DNA of 64,000 nt from an uncultured Gemmatimonadales bacterium (GTDB lineage Bacteria; Gemmatimonadota; Gemmatimonadetes; Gemmatimonadales; Gemmatimonadaceae): NCBI GenBank assembly GCA_963793305.1, contig CAWBZV010000010.1, positions 155,000 through 218,999 on the forward strand. Direction: 5' to 3'. The notes beneath the pieces were generated by a model. The model had not been told where the DNA came from and ran no database searches. It saw nothing but the letters and a program-made list of their open reading frames with translations. The position numbers were made by a program, and so were the translations under genes. This document shows positions 1 to 9,249 of the stretch, in pieces (positions within the stretch are counted from its first letter, which is position 1; each line of letters opens with the position of its first letter).

Positions 1-1
1 C

Positions 2-103
2 GCGCTCCGCGAGTTTCTGGGGCAACCCATCGATCACCCGGAAGTTCTCACGATACCCGAGACCGGGTATCTCAAGGGCGCGATCATCGAGGCCTTGGAC
101 TAA
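2..103 (+). CDS. 3' end of class I SAM-dependent rRNA methyltransferase (RlmI-like), partial
   Basis: Frame 2 reads ALREFLGQPIDHPEVLTIPETGYLKGAIIEALD*; DHP...PET.YLK is the typical RlmI-family C-terminus. Confidence 0.7.
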   Translation, partial: ALREFLGQPIDHPEVLTIPETGYLKGAIIEALD

Positions 104-174
104 TTCGCCGCGCGCTGTCGCGCGTCGGCTGCAATTGCGTTGCCCGGCAACGAGAACAGCGGCTTCTTGTTGGC

Positions 175-813
175 ATGCGTGTCAGTGCCGTTATCGCCGT
201 ACCCATTGCCGCGGTCATTGCCGCCATTCCGGTTGTGCTCCGACCGGGCGCGCCGGAGATCACCTCCGATCACCTCGGCGCCGCCACTGAGACGGTGCGC
301 TTCATGAAGGGCGACAGCGAAATCGGCCGATTTCGTTACGACTGGTCCGTTGTATCAAACGATGGGCTGTTGCTGGTGACTACCGGCGAGGTTCGAGCGA
401 AGCCGTTCGTCGATTCGTCGCTCGTGAAACGCCATGGCCTCGCGCCCGTCTGGGAGGTTTCCCAGTTCGGAGGTAAGGTCAAACGATGGACCTACAAGGG
501 CGACGTGTTCAACTTCCAGGAGCTGGACGATCTCCTGCGGAGCCTGCCGCTCCGCGAGGGCTACGAGCGGATCTTGCCGCTCTTCTCCGAGGGAGATGAT
601 TCGCTGGAGATGGACACGGTGCGCATCGTGAGTCGCGATCCCACGGGACGTTGGACGCTGCGCTTTGCCGATCCCGCCATCGTCGCTACGTACGAGATCG
701 ACGAGCGGACGCGGCGCATCGTGCGCCACGAGCACGTCTCGCGGAAGACTGGGGCGCTGCTTCGCTTCCTTGACAGCTCGGACACCAGTACGTCGAGCGC
801 CCCGCCTGGGTGA
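175..813 (+). CDS. Hypothetical exported/membrane-anchored protein
   Basis: 212-aa ORF with hydrophobic N-terminus and beta-strand-like remainder; no recognised motif. Confidence 0.6.
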   Translation: MRVSAVIAVPIAAVIAAIPVVLRPGAPEITSDHLGAATETVRFMKGDSEIGRFRYDWSVVSNDGLLLVTTGEVRAKPFVDSSLVKRHGLAPVWEVSQFGGKVKRWTYKGDVFNFQELDDLLRSLPLREGYERILPLFSEGDDSLEMDTVRIVSRDPTGRWTLRFADPAIVATYEIDERTRRIVRHEHVSRKTGALLRFLDSSDTSTSSAPPG

Positions 814-1507
814 TGCGCTCGACGGTCGTCCCGCAGCGAGGGCAACGCTGGCCCTCGCGATCGTAGACGGACCAGGGTTCGCCCTTGTCCAACACACGTC
901 GGATGGCCTGAACGAGCCGCGACAGTTCCTTGCGATCTAGCGAAGAGGCCGGGCGGCGCGGGTCGATGCGGGCCAGCCAGAGGGCTTCGGTCGCATAGAT
1001 GTTGCCGAGGCCCGCGACGACCCGCTGATCCAATAGCGCGGGCTTGATCGCGATGCGGCGCTTGGACAGTGCATTGGCCAGGTACGCGGGTGTGAACCCC
1101 GGATCAGTGGCATCTGGCCCGAGATCGGGGAGCGGGTCGACGCCCGGCGCATGCAGGGTCAACGTTGAGAGTGCACGCGGATCCGTCAGTACCGCCCGAG
1201 ACCCATCAGTGAAGGCAATGACCACGCGGGCGTACGGTGGCACAGGGTCTTGCACATGGCCGACGTCCCAATCTCCGGTCATGCGAAAGTGGACGTGCAG
1301 GGTCGATCCGTCCCCGAATCGAATGAGCTGATGCTTGCCACGGCGCTCGATCGAGACGACCTGCGCGCCGATCAGCCGCCGCACTTTGGACGGAGGTAAC
1401 AGGCGCCGATGCACACGGTGCAGTCGTTCGACCGCGGCAATCGTCTTGCCGAGGGCGACCGTGCGCAGCACGCGAGCGGCAGCGTCGACTTCCGGGAGTT
1501 CAGGCAT
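686..1507 (-). CDS. mutM: Formamidopyrimidine-DNA glycosylase (Fpg/Nei)
   Basis: N-terminal MPELPEV, RRGK, H.RMTG, H2TH motif LLDQ..VAGLGNIYA.E, C-terminal Zn finger CPRC...CPSCQ. Confidence 0.95.
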   Translation of the reverse strand: MPELPEVDAAARVLRTVALGKTIAAVERLHRVHRRLLPPSKVRRLIGAQVVSIERRGKHQLIRFGDGSTLHVHFRMTGDWDVGHVQDPVPPYARVVIAFTDGSRAVLTDPRALSTLTLHAPGVDPLPDLGPDATDPGFTPAYLANALSKRRIAIKPALLDQRVVAGLGNIYATEALWLARIDPRRPASSLDRKELSRLVQAIRRVLDKGEPWSVYDREGQRCPRCGTTVERITQAGRSTYWCPSCQGSEAAPQSSARRARGARCAASARRSRT

Positions 1508-1526
1508 AGTGCTACCTTATCGAAAC

Positions 1527-2291
1527 ATGGGCGACCGCCGTCCGCGCTCGTTGAAGCACGAGTACGAGATGTACGTCGAGCGCGAGATCGAAAACTATAA
1601 AGATTCCCTTCCCCGGCCCGTGCTGCTCGGCATTGGGGACGAGGCAGTGCGGAGTCTGAGTCGCCAACCCCAGTTTGCGCTGACCGAGCTCGTGCTGTGG
1701 GAGGAAGTCGATCGCATCATCATGCGTCGGCTTCGGATGCCCACGTATCAGACCTGGCGACGCCGCAGGGTGCGGATTCTCGAGAAATATCGGAAGCCAG
1801 AGCACTGGGGACTCGACGCCGAAAGTCCGCTCGTGCGCGCTGTCGAACCTGGTGACTTAGCCAACGTGCTGGTCGCCGGCGCCCGGCTGGAAGGCGCGAC
1901 GCTCTATCTCGCCGCCAATGGTTGCGACGTCATTACCGTCGAGGAAGCACCCGACGTCGTCGCGCGGGTGTTGAGCGCGGCTGAGGAAGCCGGCCTCACG
2001 GCGCGTGTGCGTGGGTGTGTGACGGACATTGGACATTGGACACCGGATGTCCCGCTCAACGCCTTCGTGTGTACACCGGCCGCGTTCGACGGGCTCTCGG
2101 CGGCCGAGCGGCGACGGGTCATCGAGGTGCTCAAGTCCGCTACGGCTGACGGTGGAGTGCATCTCGTCGAGACGATTCTGGCCGGGCAAGAAGCCGAGTT
2201 GCGCGATCGCTACGTGGGCTGGGAGATCACCGTCGAGCGCGACCCCGCTGCGCTATCGCGCGCGTTTGTAGCTCGGAAGAGCGTGGCCTAA
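1527..2291 (+). CDS. Hypothetical protein with C-terminal SAM-methyltransferase-like fold
   Basis: Start at MGDRRPRSLK; C-terminal half resembles TehB-type MTases (LYLAANGCDVITVE ... ADGGVHLVE) but lacks a canonical GxGxG. Confidence 0.6.
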   Translation: MGDRRPRSLKHEYEMYVEREIENYKDSLPRPVLLGIGDEAVRSLSRQPQFALTELVLWEEVDRIIMRRLRMPTYQTWRRRRVRILEKYRKPEHWGLDAESPLVRAVEPGDLANVLVAGARLEGATLYLAANGCDVITVEEAPDVVARVLSAAEEAGLTARVRGCVTDIGHWTPDVPLNAFVCTPAAFDGLSAAERRRVIEVLKSATADGGVHLVETILAGQEAELRDRYVGWEITVERDPAALSRAFVARKSVA

Positions 2292-2327
2292 GCCGGCGCG
2301 TAATGACACAGTGTACACTTTGCGGCG

Positions 2328-2342
2328 TGTCGATCTGCGACA
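2328..2342. promoter_or_regulatory. Palindrome TGTCG-N5-CGACA, candidate enhancer (bEBP UAS)
   Basis: Perfect inverted repeat ~60-75 bp upstream of a -24/-12 motif. Confidence 0.4.
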
Positions 2343-2401
2343 TACTCAACTAACCGATTCTCTAAAGCGCGGCCCTGTAGCGTCTTAGCGATCCGTTCGT
2401 C

Positions 2402-2418
2402 TTGGCACCAGTGGTGCT
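2402..2418 (+). promoter_or_regulatory. Sigma54 (-24/-12) promoter
   Basis: TTGGCACCAGTGGTGCT = TGGCAC core with GG-N10-GC spacing, upstream of GGAGG RBS and ATG 2447. Confidence 0.6.
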
Positions 2419-2446
2419 TATGGGGACACCACTGGAGGAAAAGCAT

Positions 2447-2605
2447 ATGACGGACGAACGTCAGCACACGGAAGAGCCCGAGCTCATCGGCATCATTATA
2501 TCGCAGGGCGTGCGGCCACAGCCGCTGCCTCGGTTTGCGGCATATATCTGGGGCGTTGCGCCCACCGACGCACAGAGCTCGGCTTCGACGACACGCGCGG
2601 CGTAA
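2447..2605 (+). CDS. Small hypothetical protein (52 aa)
   Basis: GGAGG RBS before ATG; MTDERQHTEEPELIGIIISQG...; followed by a terminator. Confidence 0.65.
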   Translation: MTDERQHTEEPELIGIIISQGVRPQPLPRFAAYIWGVAPTDAQSSASTTRAA

Positions 2606-2618
2606 GGCGCGCAGCAGT

Positions 2619-2661
2619 AAAAAAAAAAGCGGGAGCGCCGAGGCGCACCCGCTCTTTTTTT
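2619..2661. terminator. Bidirectional Rho-independent terminator
   Basis: A10 - GCGGGAGCGCC/GGCGCACCCGC stem - T-tract, between two convergent small ORFs. Confidence 0.85.
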
Positions 2662-2670
2662 GCCCAAAAA

Positions 2671-2763
2671 CTAGCGGCGCTTCTTCGCTGCCTTCTTGCG
2701 ACCACCCTTCTTGGCCGTCGACTTCCGACCACCCTTCTTCTTTGCGCCTTTCTTGATAGCCAT
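2671..2763 (-). CDS. 30-aa Lys/Arg-rich basic peptide (histone H1-like composition)
   Basis: MAIKKGAKKKGGRKSTAKKGGRKKAAKKRR*; GGAG RBS 8 nt upstream; consistent AAG codon use; below ORF-track cutoff. Confidence 0.75.
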   Translation of the reverse strand: MAIKKGAKKKGGRKSTAKKGGRKKAAKKRR

Positions 2764-2824
2764 ACGAACTGCTCCATTGCTGGAGTGGAACACCCGACCG
2801 ATCCCCCGGTGGATCGGCGAGCGC

Positions 2825-4186
2825 TTACACGGCCTCGGAGAGGCTCGTGAAGTTGAAATCGTGAACCTTGATTGGCGGCATCACGACGGCGCCACCGGCC
2901 TCCGTGCCGGCGACCCGCACAGGCTGCCCCATCGCATCGAGGTTCGCGAGCATAAACAACGGCGAATCGTTGAATCGCATGTTACGGACCGCTGCGGAAA
3001 TCTTGCCATTCTCAATGAGAAACGTTCCGTCGCGCGTCAGTCCCGTGTAGAGGATCGTCCGCGGGTCGACTTCGCGTAAGTACCAGAGTCGTGTGACGAG
3101 CACGCCGCGCGGTGTGGACGCGATCATCTCGTCAATCGTTTGCGTGGGACCCGTCCCCTGGAGCTTGATCGACCCGGGATTCCCGGTCGCCGGCTGCTTC
3201 GATTTTTTTCCCCAGTACCGCGTGTACTGTAGCTGTTGCAGGGTGCCTTTGTCGATCCATACCTGACGGCCGAGCGGCAAGCCTTCGAAGTCGAACGGCG
3301 TATCGAGCAGTTGATCATCGCGTGGATCGGACAGCAGCATAACCCGTGCATCGACGATCTTCTGCCCGACTTTGTTACCGCCACCGGCCTTCGTGAACGG
3401 GCTGCGACCTTCGTCGGCGGAGCGCGCGTCGAGATATCCGCTGATGAGTTGCACGAGATCACCAACGGCCTGCGGCTCGAAGATGACCGTGTAGCGACCT
3501 GGCTCGATCGCTTTCGGGCTCCTCGAGGCGCGCGCTTTCTCCAGCGCATGCGCACTCGTCGCCGCGAAATCGATCTTCGCCCAGTCGGGATGCTCGGCGC
3601 CCGCCCAACCCGAACCCGTGCCGTCGGTCGTCCGAACCGTAATCGTATAGTTCGCATTCGTCGACCGATGATAGGCAAAGAGGCCGCCCGAGTTCCCCAC
3701 CACCGTCGCGGTCGCGTTGACGATCAAGAACCCCGCGGCATTGACATCGCCAGCGGCGCGCGCCGGCGCCAGCGCCGCGAGCGCCGCGCGCGCACGATCC
3801 TCGGGCGAGACGTTGGCCGTCGCCTCGAAATACGCCGGGACGGACTGATACGACTGCTTCGGCAGCTCCGGCATACTCTCCGGATCATCCGGCGCGAGCT
3901 TCGCCAACGCCTCGGAGGACGCGATCACCCGTGCGACCGACGCGTCTGACAGGTCATTGGTGGTCGCAATCGCATGCTTCGCGCCGAACGCGCTCGTGAC
4001 GACCAATTGCGCGTCGGTGACCGCGCCCGAGGTCGACATTTGGTTCGCGGCGAACCGGAGGTTCGTCGTATACGTGCTTTGCAGGTTGACGTGCACCGCG
4101 TCGGCTTTCGACTGCTTGACGACCCTGGCGACCAACGCCTCGGCGTCAGATTGCGTGGTCAGCGCGTTCGCGGGAAGGCCGGCCAT
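2825..4186 (-). CDS. tldE: TldE/PmbA family protein
   Basis: LRFAAN.., PGRYTVIFEPQAVG, G.FLIENGKI, NMRFNDSP motifs; TGATG overlap with tldD. Confidence 0.88.
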   Translation of the reverse strand: MAGLPANALTTQSDAEALVARVVKQSKADAVHVNLQSTYTTNLRFAANQMSTSGAVTDAQLVVTSAFGAKHAIATTNDLSDASVARVIASSEALAKLAPDDPESMPELPKQSYQSVPAYFEATANVSPEDRARAALAALAPARAAGDVNAAGFLIVNATATVVGNSGGLFAYHRSTNANYTITVRTTDGTGSGWAGAEHPDWAKIDFAATSAHALEKARASRSPKAIEPGRYTVIFEPQAVGDLVQLISGYLDARSADEGRSPFTKAGGGNKVGQKIVDARVMLLSDPRDDQLLDTPFDFEGLPLGRQVWIDKGTLQQLQYTRYWGKKSKQPATGNPGSIKLQGTGPTQTIDEMIASTPRGVLVTRLWYLREVDPRTILYTGLTRDGTFLIENGKISAAVRNMRFNDSPLFMLANLDAMGQPVRVAGTEAGGAVVMPPIKVHDFNFTSLSEAV

Positions 4187-5805
4187 CAAGCTTTCCGTCC
4201 GGTGTTGATGACGTTGATCTGGCGGAATCGCGCCGGGACGACGCCGTGGCTCACGGCGTTCACCTGGCCGGGCTGCCCTTTGCCATCGAAGAAGCTGCCG
4301 CCCAGCATGTAGCCGCGCTTCCCGCCGATCATATCCATCGAGTTCCAGAAATCCGGCGTCCGCATCTGGTAGGCAACGTCTTTGAGCATCCCGACGATCT
4401 TGCCGCCCTTGATCTCGTAGAACAACTGACCACCGAACTGGGCATTGTAGCGCTGTTGATCGATCGAGAACGATCCGTCGCCGATGATGGCGATGCCCGA
4501 GTCCGTGGCGGCGATCAGATCCTCCCACACCAGATCTTTTTCACCAGGCAGCAACGAGACGTTGGGCATCCGCTGGAACTGGACGTCGTTCCAGTTATCC
4601 GCGTAGGAATTGCCATGCGACCGCGTCGGCCGGCCCTGGGAGTCGTACCACCATTTCAGCCACATCGCTTGCTCGCGCGTGGTCTGATAGTCGTTCACGA
4701 TGCCGTTCTTGATGACCAGGAACGTCTCGGGCTGCACTCCCTCATCATCGTATCCCGTCGTGGCGCAACCGCCGGCTTGGGACCGGTCGCCCTGGACGTT
4801 CATGAATTCGGGACCGTACTTGAACTTCCCGAGCATCTTCTCCGGCGGCGAGACGAAGCTGGTCCCCGCGTAGTTGGCCTCGTATCCGTTCGCCCGGTCG
4901 AGCTCCGTGGGGTGCGCGACACTCTCGTGCAGCGTCAGCCAGAGGTGCGTCGGGTGGAGCACGAGATCATACCGGCCGACCTCAACCGGCTTCGCCTTGA
5001 GCTTTTGGGCGGCCTCTTCTCCCCACTTGCCGGCGTTTCCTATCGGGTCCTGCTCCAGCAGGTACTCGTACCCCCGTCCCATCGGCTGAATCGTGTTCGT
5101 CCGGATCTGGAAGTCCGAGTTGTCGGCCGAGATCGCGGTGATCTGCATCGGCAGCCAACTCCGGACGATCACCTGGTTGATGACCGCGCCGTCCGTATTC
5201 GCGTAGTTCTTGTCTTCCTTCACGAAGAACATCGAGCTGTTCACGAACTTGACGCCGGCGACCTTGAGCGCCTCGGTGTTGGCCTTGATCAGGAGATCGG
5301 CCTTCTGCTCGATGGGAATCGTGAACGGGTCGGTCGTGTATCCGCTCGTCCAGCTCACCTCGCCGACCGACGGCGTGGGCGCCAACTCGACCGCGCGATC
5401 GCGCGCGATACGGTTGGCTTTGGCGATCGCGACCGCGTCTTTGGCGGCGCTGGCCACGCCATCGGGCGTCAAAGACCGCGTCGCCGCGAAACCCCACGTG
5501 CCGTCGACGAGCACGCGAACGCCGCAGCCCATCGTATCCGTGTCGACAACCTGAATGATCTGCTTTTCGCGGGTGACGACGAAATTATTGCGATAGTGGC
5601 CAATTCTAGCGTCTGCGTAGCCTGCGCCGGCCATCTTCGCGGCGTTCAAGGCATCCATCAGGAGCGCTTTCACGCCCGCATCCATGGGCGCGGCGGCCGC
5701 CGGCGACCGCACATCCAGCGACGCGAGAGCATCCGCGTACCGCGGCAAGACCGACAGGCCTACTGCTGCTGCTCCAGTTTTGACGAACTCGCGTCGAGTG
5801 GTCAT
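4186..5805 (-). CDS. tldD: TldD family metalloprotease with Tat signal peptide
   Basis: TRREFVK Tat motif; G.GVRVLVDGTWGFAA, HESVAH metal motif, YDDEGV, QRMPN. Confidence 0.92.
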   Translation of the reverse strand: MTTRREFVKTGAAAVGLSVLPRYADALASLDVRSPAAAAPMDAGVKALLMDALNAAKMAGAGYADARIGHYRNNFVVTREKQIIQVVDTDTMGCGVRVLVDGTWGFAATRSLTPDGVASAAKDAVAIAKANRIARDRAVELAPTPSVGEVSWTSGYTTDPFTIPIEQKADLLIKANTEALKVAGVKFVNSSMFFVKEDKNYANTDGAVINQVIVRSWLPMQITAISADNSDFQIRTNTIQPMGRGYEYLLEQDPIGNAGKWGEEAAQKLKAKPVEVGRYDLVLHPTHLWLTLHESVAHPTELDRANGYEANYAGTSFVSPPEKMLGKFKYGPEFMNVQGDRSQAGGCATTGYDDEGVQPETFLVIKNGIVNDYQTTREQAMWLKWWYDSQGRPTRSHGNSYADNWNDVQFQRMPNVSLLPGEKDLVWEDLIAATDSGIAIIGDGSFSIDQQRYNAQFGGQLFYEIKGGKIVGMLKDVAYQMRTPDFWNSMDMIGGKRGYMLGGSFFDGKGQPGQVNAVSHGVVPARFRQINVINTGRKA

Positions 5806-5914
5806 ATCGCGGTTGACATCATTAAATCGCTTCGCGCGAATATAGATAGCGTAAGTTCGCATTGCAATACACGTTGGCTGGATTTCAGTTCAACGTGCTA
5901 TCACTTTTCGTCGC

Positions 5915-6940
5915 GTGAGAGCTCTCGTGAAGCTTGATAGCGGTCCCGGAATGGTGCTCCGTGACGTTCCCGAACCCACTCCACGCGATGATGAGGTCCT
6001 GATTCGCGTCCGCCGCGCCGGCGTGTGCGGCACCGATGTACACATCTACGACTGGGACGACTGGGCCAAACGCCGTGTCGTCCCACCGATCATTGTCGGA
6101 CACGAATTTGCCGGCGATGTCGTCGAGGTCGGATCCCTGGTGAAGGATGTCAGAACCGGCGATCGGGTGACCGCCGAAGGGCATATCGTCGACGGACGGT
6201 GCCTCCTCTGCCGCACCGGCAACGCACACGTCTGTCCCTATACGAAGATCATTGGCGTCGACCGCGATGGATGCTTCGCGGACTATATCGTGATGCCGGC
6301 GACGAATGTCTGGCACCTCGACGACGCGATCTCGTACGACGTTGGCGGTATCCACGATCCCATGGGCAACGCGTTCCACACGACATTGACGGCCGAAATC
6401 CCCGGCGCGGTCGTTTTGGTCACCGGATGCGGCCCGATCGGGATCTTCGCCGTTGGCATCGCCAAAGCAGCCGGTGCCGCGCGCGTGATCGCCTCCGATG
6501 TCAACGACACGCGACTCGCGCTCGCCCGGCAGATGGGCGCCGATGACATCGTCCACCCGAACGAGGCCGACGCCGTCGTGCGCGCCGCGACCGGCGGACT
6601 CGGCGTCGACGTCGTGCTCGAGATGTCAGGCGTGCCCTCCGCGATCCATCAGGCGTTCAAGCTCGTCCGCGTCGGCGGCCGGGTCCAAATGCTCGGCATC
6701 CCCGCCAAACCGATGGAAGTCGACTTCGCGACCGAAGTCATCTTCAAAGGCCTGACCATCTACGGTGTCGTCGGACGCCGCATGTACGAGACGTGGCACC
6801 AAATGACGCGATTCTTGCGGTCCGGACAGTTCGATCCGACGCCGGTCATCACGCACCGGTTCCCGCTGGAAGCGGTCGACGAGGCCATGCGCGTCATCAA
6901 GTCCGGCGAGGCCGGCAAAGTGATCTTCGAGGTGGCATGA
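5915..6940 (+). CDS. tdh: L-threonine 3-dehydrogenase
   Basis: GVCGTDVHIY.WD.W, GHEF, GCGPIG, GRRMYETW; adjacent to kbl. Confidence 0.93.
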   Translation: MRALVKLDSGPGMVLRDVPEPTPRDDEVLIRVRRAGVCGTDVHIYDWDDWAKRRVVPPIIVGHEFAGDVVEVGSLVKDVRTGDRVTAEGHIVDGRCLLCRTGNAHVCPYTKIIGVDRDGCFADYIVMPATNVWHLDDAISYDVGGIHDPMGNAFHTTLTAEIPGAVVLVTGCGPIGIFAVGIAKAAGAARVIASDVNDTRLALARQMGADDIVHPNEADAVVRAATGGLGVDVVLEMSGVPSAIHQAFKLVRVGGRVQMLGIPAKPMEVDFATEVIFKGLTIYGVVGRRMYETWHQMTRFLRSGQFDPTPVITHRFPLEAVDEAMRVIKSGEAGKVIFEVA

Positions 6941-8133
6941 TGACGCTGACCACAGAGCTCGCCTCCGGGTTGGATCAACTCCGGCGCGACAAAGTCTATA
7001 AGCAGCTGAACTATCTGGATTCGCCGCAGGCTCCCCGCGTACGGATGGAGGGTCGTGGTGAGGTCCTGATCCTGTCGTCGAACAACTATCTCGGCCTGGC
7101 CGACGATCCCGCCGTCGTCCAAGCCGGAATCGATGGACTGCGGCGGTTCGGCGCGGGCACCGCCAGTGTTCGTTTTATTTGTGGGACGTTCACAATTCAT
7201 CGTGAGCTCGAGCATGCCATTGCACGATTCATGGGCACGGAGTCGGCGCTCTCGTTTCTTTCGGCTTGGAACGCCAACGAAGGCCTGACACCATCGATCG
7301 TCAGTGAAGGCGACCTGGTGGTCTCCGATGCGCTCAATCACGCCTCGATCATCGACTCCATCCGGCTGGCGAAGGCGATCACCAAGTGCACCACCGCCGT
7401 CTACAAGCACGGCGACATGGACGATCTCGTCGCCAAGCTCACCTCGGCGCCCAACGCCAAGCGCAAGCTGATCTGGACCGATGGCATCTTCTCAATGGAA
7501 GGGAGCATCGCCAAGCTCCCCGAGATTCTGGAGATCGGGCGCCAGTATCATGCGACCGTCATCGTCGACGATTCCCACGCAACCGGCGTACTCGGTCGCA
7601 CCGGTCGCGGGACCGCGGAGCATTATGGGCTGCACGGTGAAGTCGAGATTACGACATCGACACTTGGCAAAGCACTCGGCGGCGCTTCTGGTGGATTTGT
7701 CGCCGCATTGGCCGCATTGACTGATACGTTAACGCAGCGCTCGCGCCCGCAACTGTTCTCCAACGCATTACCACCCACCGTTGCGGCAAGCGCGCTGGCC
7801 GCCGTGCAACTATTGGAGCAGCATCCCGAGCGCGTGGAGCGGCTGCGCGAGAATACGCGCTACTTCCGCGAGGCCATCATCGAGGCGGGCCTCAAGCCTA
7901 TCCCCGGCGATACGCCCATTGTGCCTATCATAGTTGGCGAGACGGCCACCGCCATCGCGATGAGCGATCGCATGCTGCAGCGCGGCGTGTTTGTGACCGG
8001 ATTCGGGTATCCGGTCGTACCGCATGGGACCGCGCGCATTCGGTGCCAGATATCCGCGGCTCATACGAAGGGCGACCTCGACGAGGCCATCGCCGCCATC
8101 CGTGACGTTGCGCGGGAATTGGGCGTCATCTGA
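6937..8133 (+). CDS. kbl: Glycine C-acetyltransferase (2-amino-3-ketobutyrate CoA ligase)
   Basis: SNNYLGL, ASVRFICGT, SDALNHASIID, TLGKALGG PLP lysine motif. Confidence 0.93.
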   Translation: MMTLTTELASGLDQLRRDKVYKQLNYLDSPQAPRVRMEGRGEVLILSSNNYLGLADDPAVVQAGIDGLRRFGAGTASVRFICGTFTIHRELEHAIARFMGTESALSFLSAWNANEGLTPSIVSEGDLVVSDALNHASIIDSIRLAKAITKCTTAVYKHGDMDDLVAKLTSAPNAKRKLIWTDGIFSMEGSIAKLPEILEIGRQYHATVIVDDSHATGVLGRTGRGTAEHYGLHGEVEITTSTLGKALGGASGGFVAALAALTDTLTQRSRPQLFSNALPPTVAASALAAVQLLEQHPERVERLRENTRYFREAIIEAGLKPIPGDTPIVPIIVGETATAIAMSDRMLQRGVFVTGFGYPVVPHGTARIRCQISAAHTKGDLDEAIAAIRDVARELGVI

Positions 8134-8450
8134 GTCAGCCGGACGTGCACGAATAACCGTCGCCAGCTCGCGATATCGTCAGTTCCCACTGACTCCACGC
8201 GAGCCTGGCAACGGCCGCCGTCGAGCATCCACGGCGCGAGCCACGCGGCAATCTGCTGCGGCAGGTGACCGACCACGTCTCCGCCCTCGGCGTGCACCCA
8301 GACCGCGGGCACCTCGGCGCCGGGCGGGTCGGGAATCAGCAATAGCGCGTCCCCCACCTGGAGCCGGTGGACGACCCGCATTCGCTGCCCGAAGACCGTC
8401 CCATGCACGGCGGTGCTGAACTCTTCCTGGTCCTCTGGTGGCCGGATCAT
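8061..8450 (-). CDS. Stand-alone HIRAN domain protein
   Basis: V.GT.F...L.VGD.L.L..DP....AV.V.....VGHLP...A..LAP pattern. Confidence 0.7.
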   Translation of the reverse strand: MIRPPEDQEEFSTAVHGTVFGQRMRVVHRLQVGDALLLIPDPPGAEVPAVWVHAEGGDVVGHLPQQIAAWLAPWMLDGGRCQARVESVGTDDIASWRRLFVHVRLTQMTPNSRATSRMAAMASSRSPFV

Positions 8451-8529
8451 GTGACCGAATCAGTCAACTCGTCGTCGGAAGCATGAATCGATGCTGATCA
8501 CGCATATCCATTTTTTGAGGTTCAGGCAC

Positions 8530-9249
8530 ATGCGGCTCAACCGGGGCCTTCTCTCGGGGCTCGCCTCGCTCGCGCTGCTTCCGGCGATCGGACGCGCGCA
8601 AGCACCGGGCTCGAATTTCACGAACTCGTGGTTCTGGGGCGTGAGCGGTGGAATGATGACGTACTGGACGACAAACGTCGCTCACGCGCAAGCACCGACC
8701 GCCGGAATCGAATGGTTGATCACCCGCAAGCATACCGCCTTATACATCGGGGTTGACCAGTCATTCTTCAAGACCACGTCGCTCCAGTATGGGGAGGTCG
8801 GCATCCAATATGGCGACAGCACGCGATCGCTTTCGAACGCCACGCAGATAGGATATTCTCACCAGGCGACGATCCATAACTCGCGGCATATCAACCTCGC
8901 GTTGATGGGATTTCCCGGGAGCGGTCCGATCCGCCCATACGCCGGCCTTGGGGTTTCGCTCAACTTCGTGCAGAACGCCGTCGCCAACCCCATTTTCCCG
9001 GGCTCCAATCCATATAATTTCGGGAACGCGGCCTACTGGGTACCGCAAGCATTCGGCACCGAGGAACTCGACCAACAGGCGTACTGGGTGAGTCCGCTGG
9101 TCATGGGTGGCTTGCAGATTCAGGTGAGCCGCTTCTCGGTGTTCGGTCAGGCGAAGATCATGACGACCGACGGCCGGCACCTGTTCTCGGATGGCGCGTT
9201 CTTCACCGTGGAAGCCGGTGTTCGCTACAACGTCGCGACGATCTTCTAG
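8530..9249 (+). CDS. Outer-membrane beta-barrel protein
   Basis: Signal peptide ending GRA-Q, PYAGLG strand, terminal EAGVRY strand, C-terminal Phe. Confidence 0.7.
   Translation: MRLNRGLLSGLASLALLPAIGRAQAPGSNFTNSWFWGVSGGMMTYWTTNVAHAQAPTAGIEWLITRKHTALYIGVDQSFFKTTSLQYGEVGIQYGDSTRSLSNATQIGYSHQATIHNSRHINLALMGFPGSGPIRPYAGLGVSLNFVQNAVANPIFPGSNPYNFGNAAYWVPQAFGTEELDQQAYWVSPLVMGGLQIQVSRFSVFGQAKIMTTDGRHLFSDGAFFTVEAGVRYNVATIF

Noticed and set aside
5813..5850. TTGACA as a sigma70 -35 box for tdh
   Set aside because: No -10 hexamer at 16-18 nt spacing
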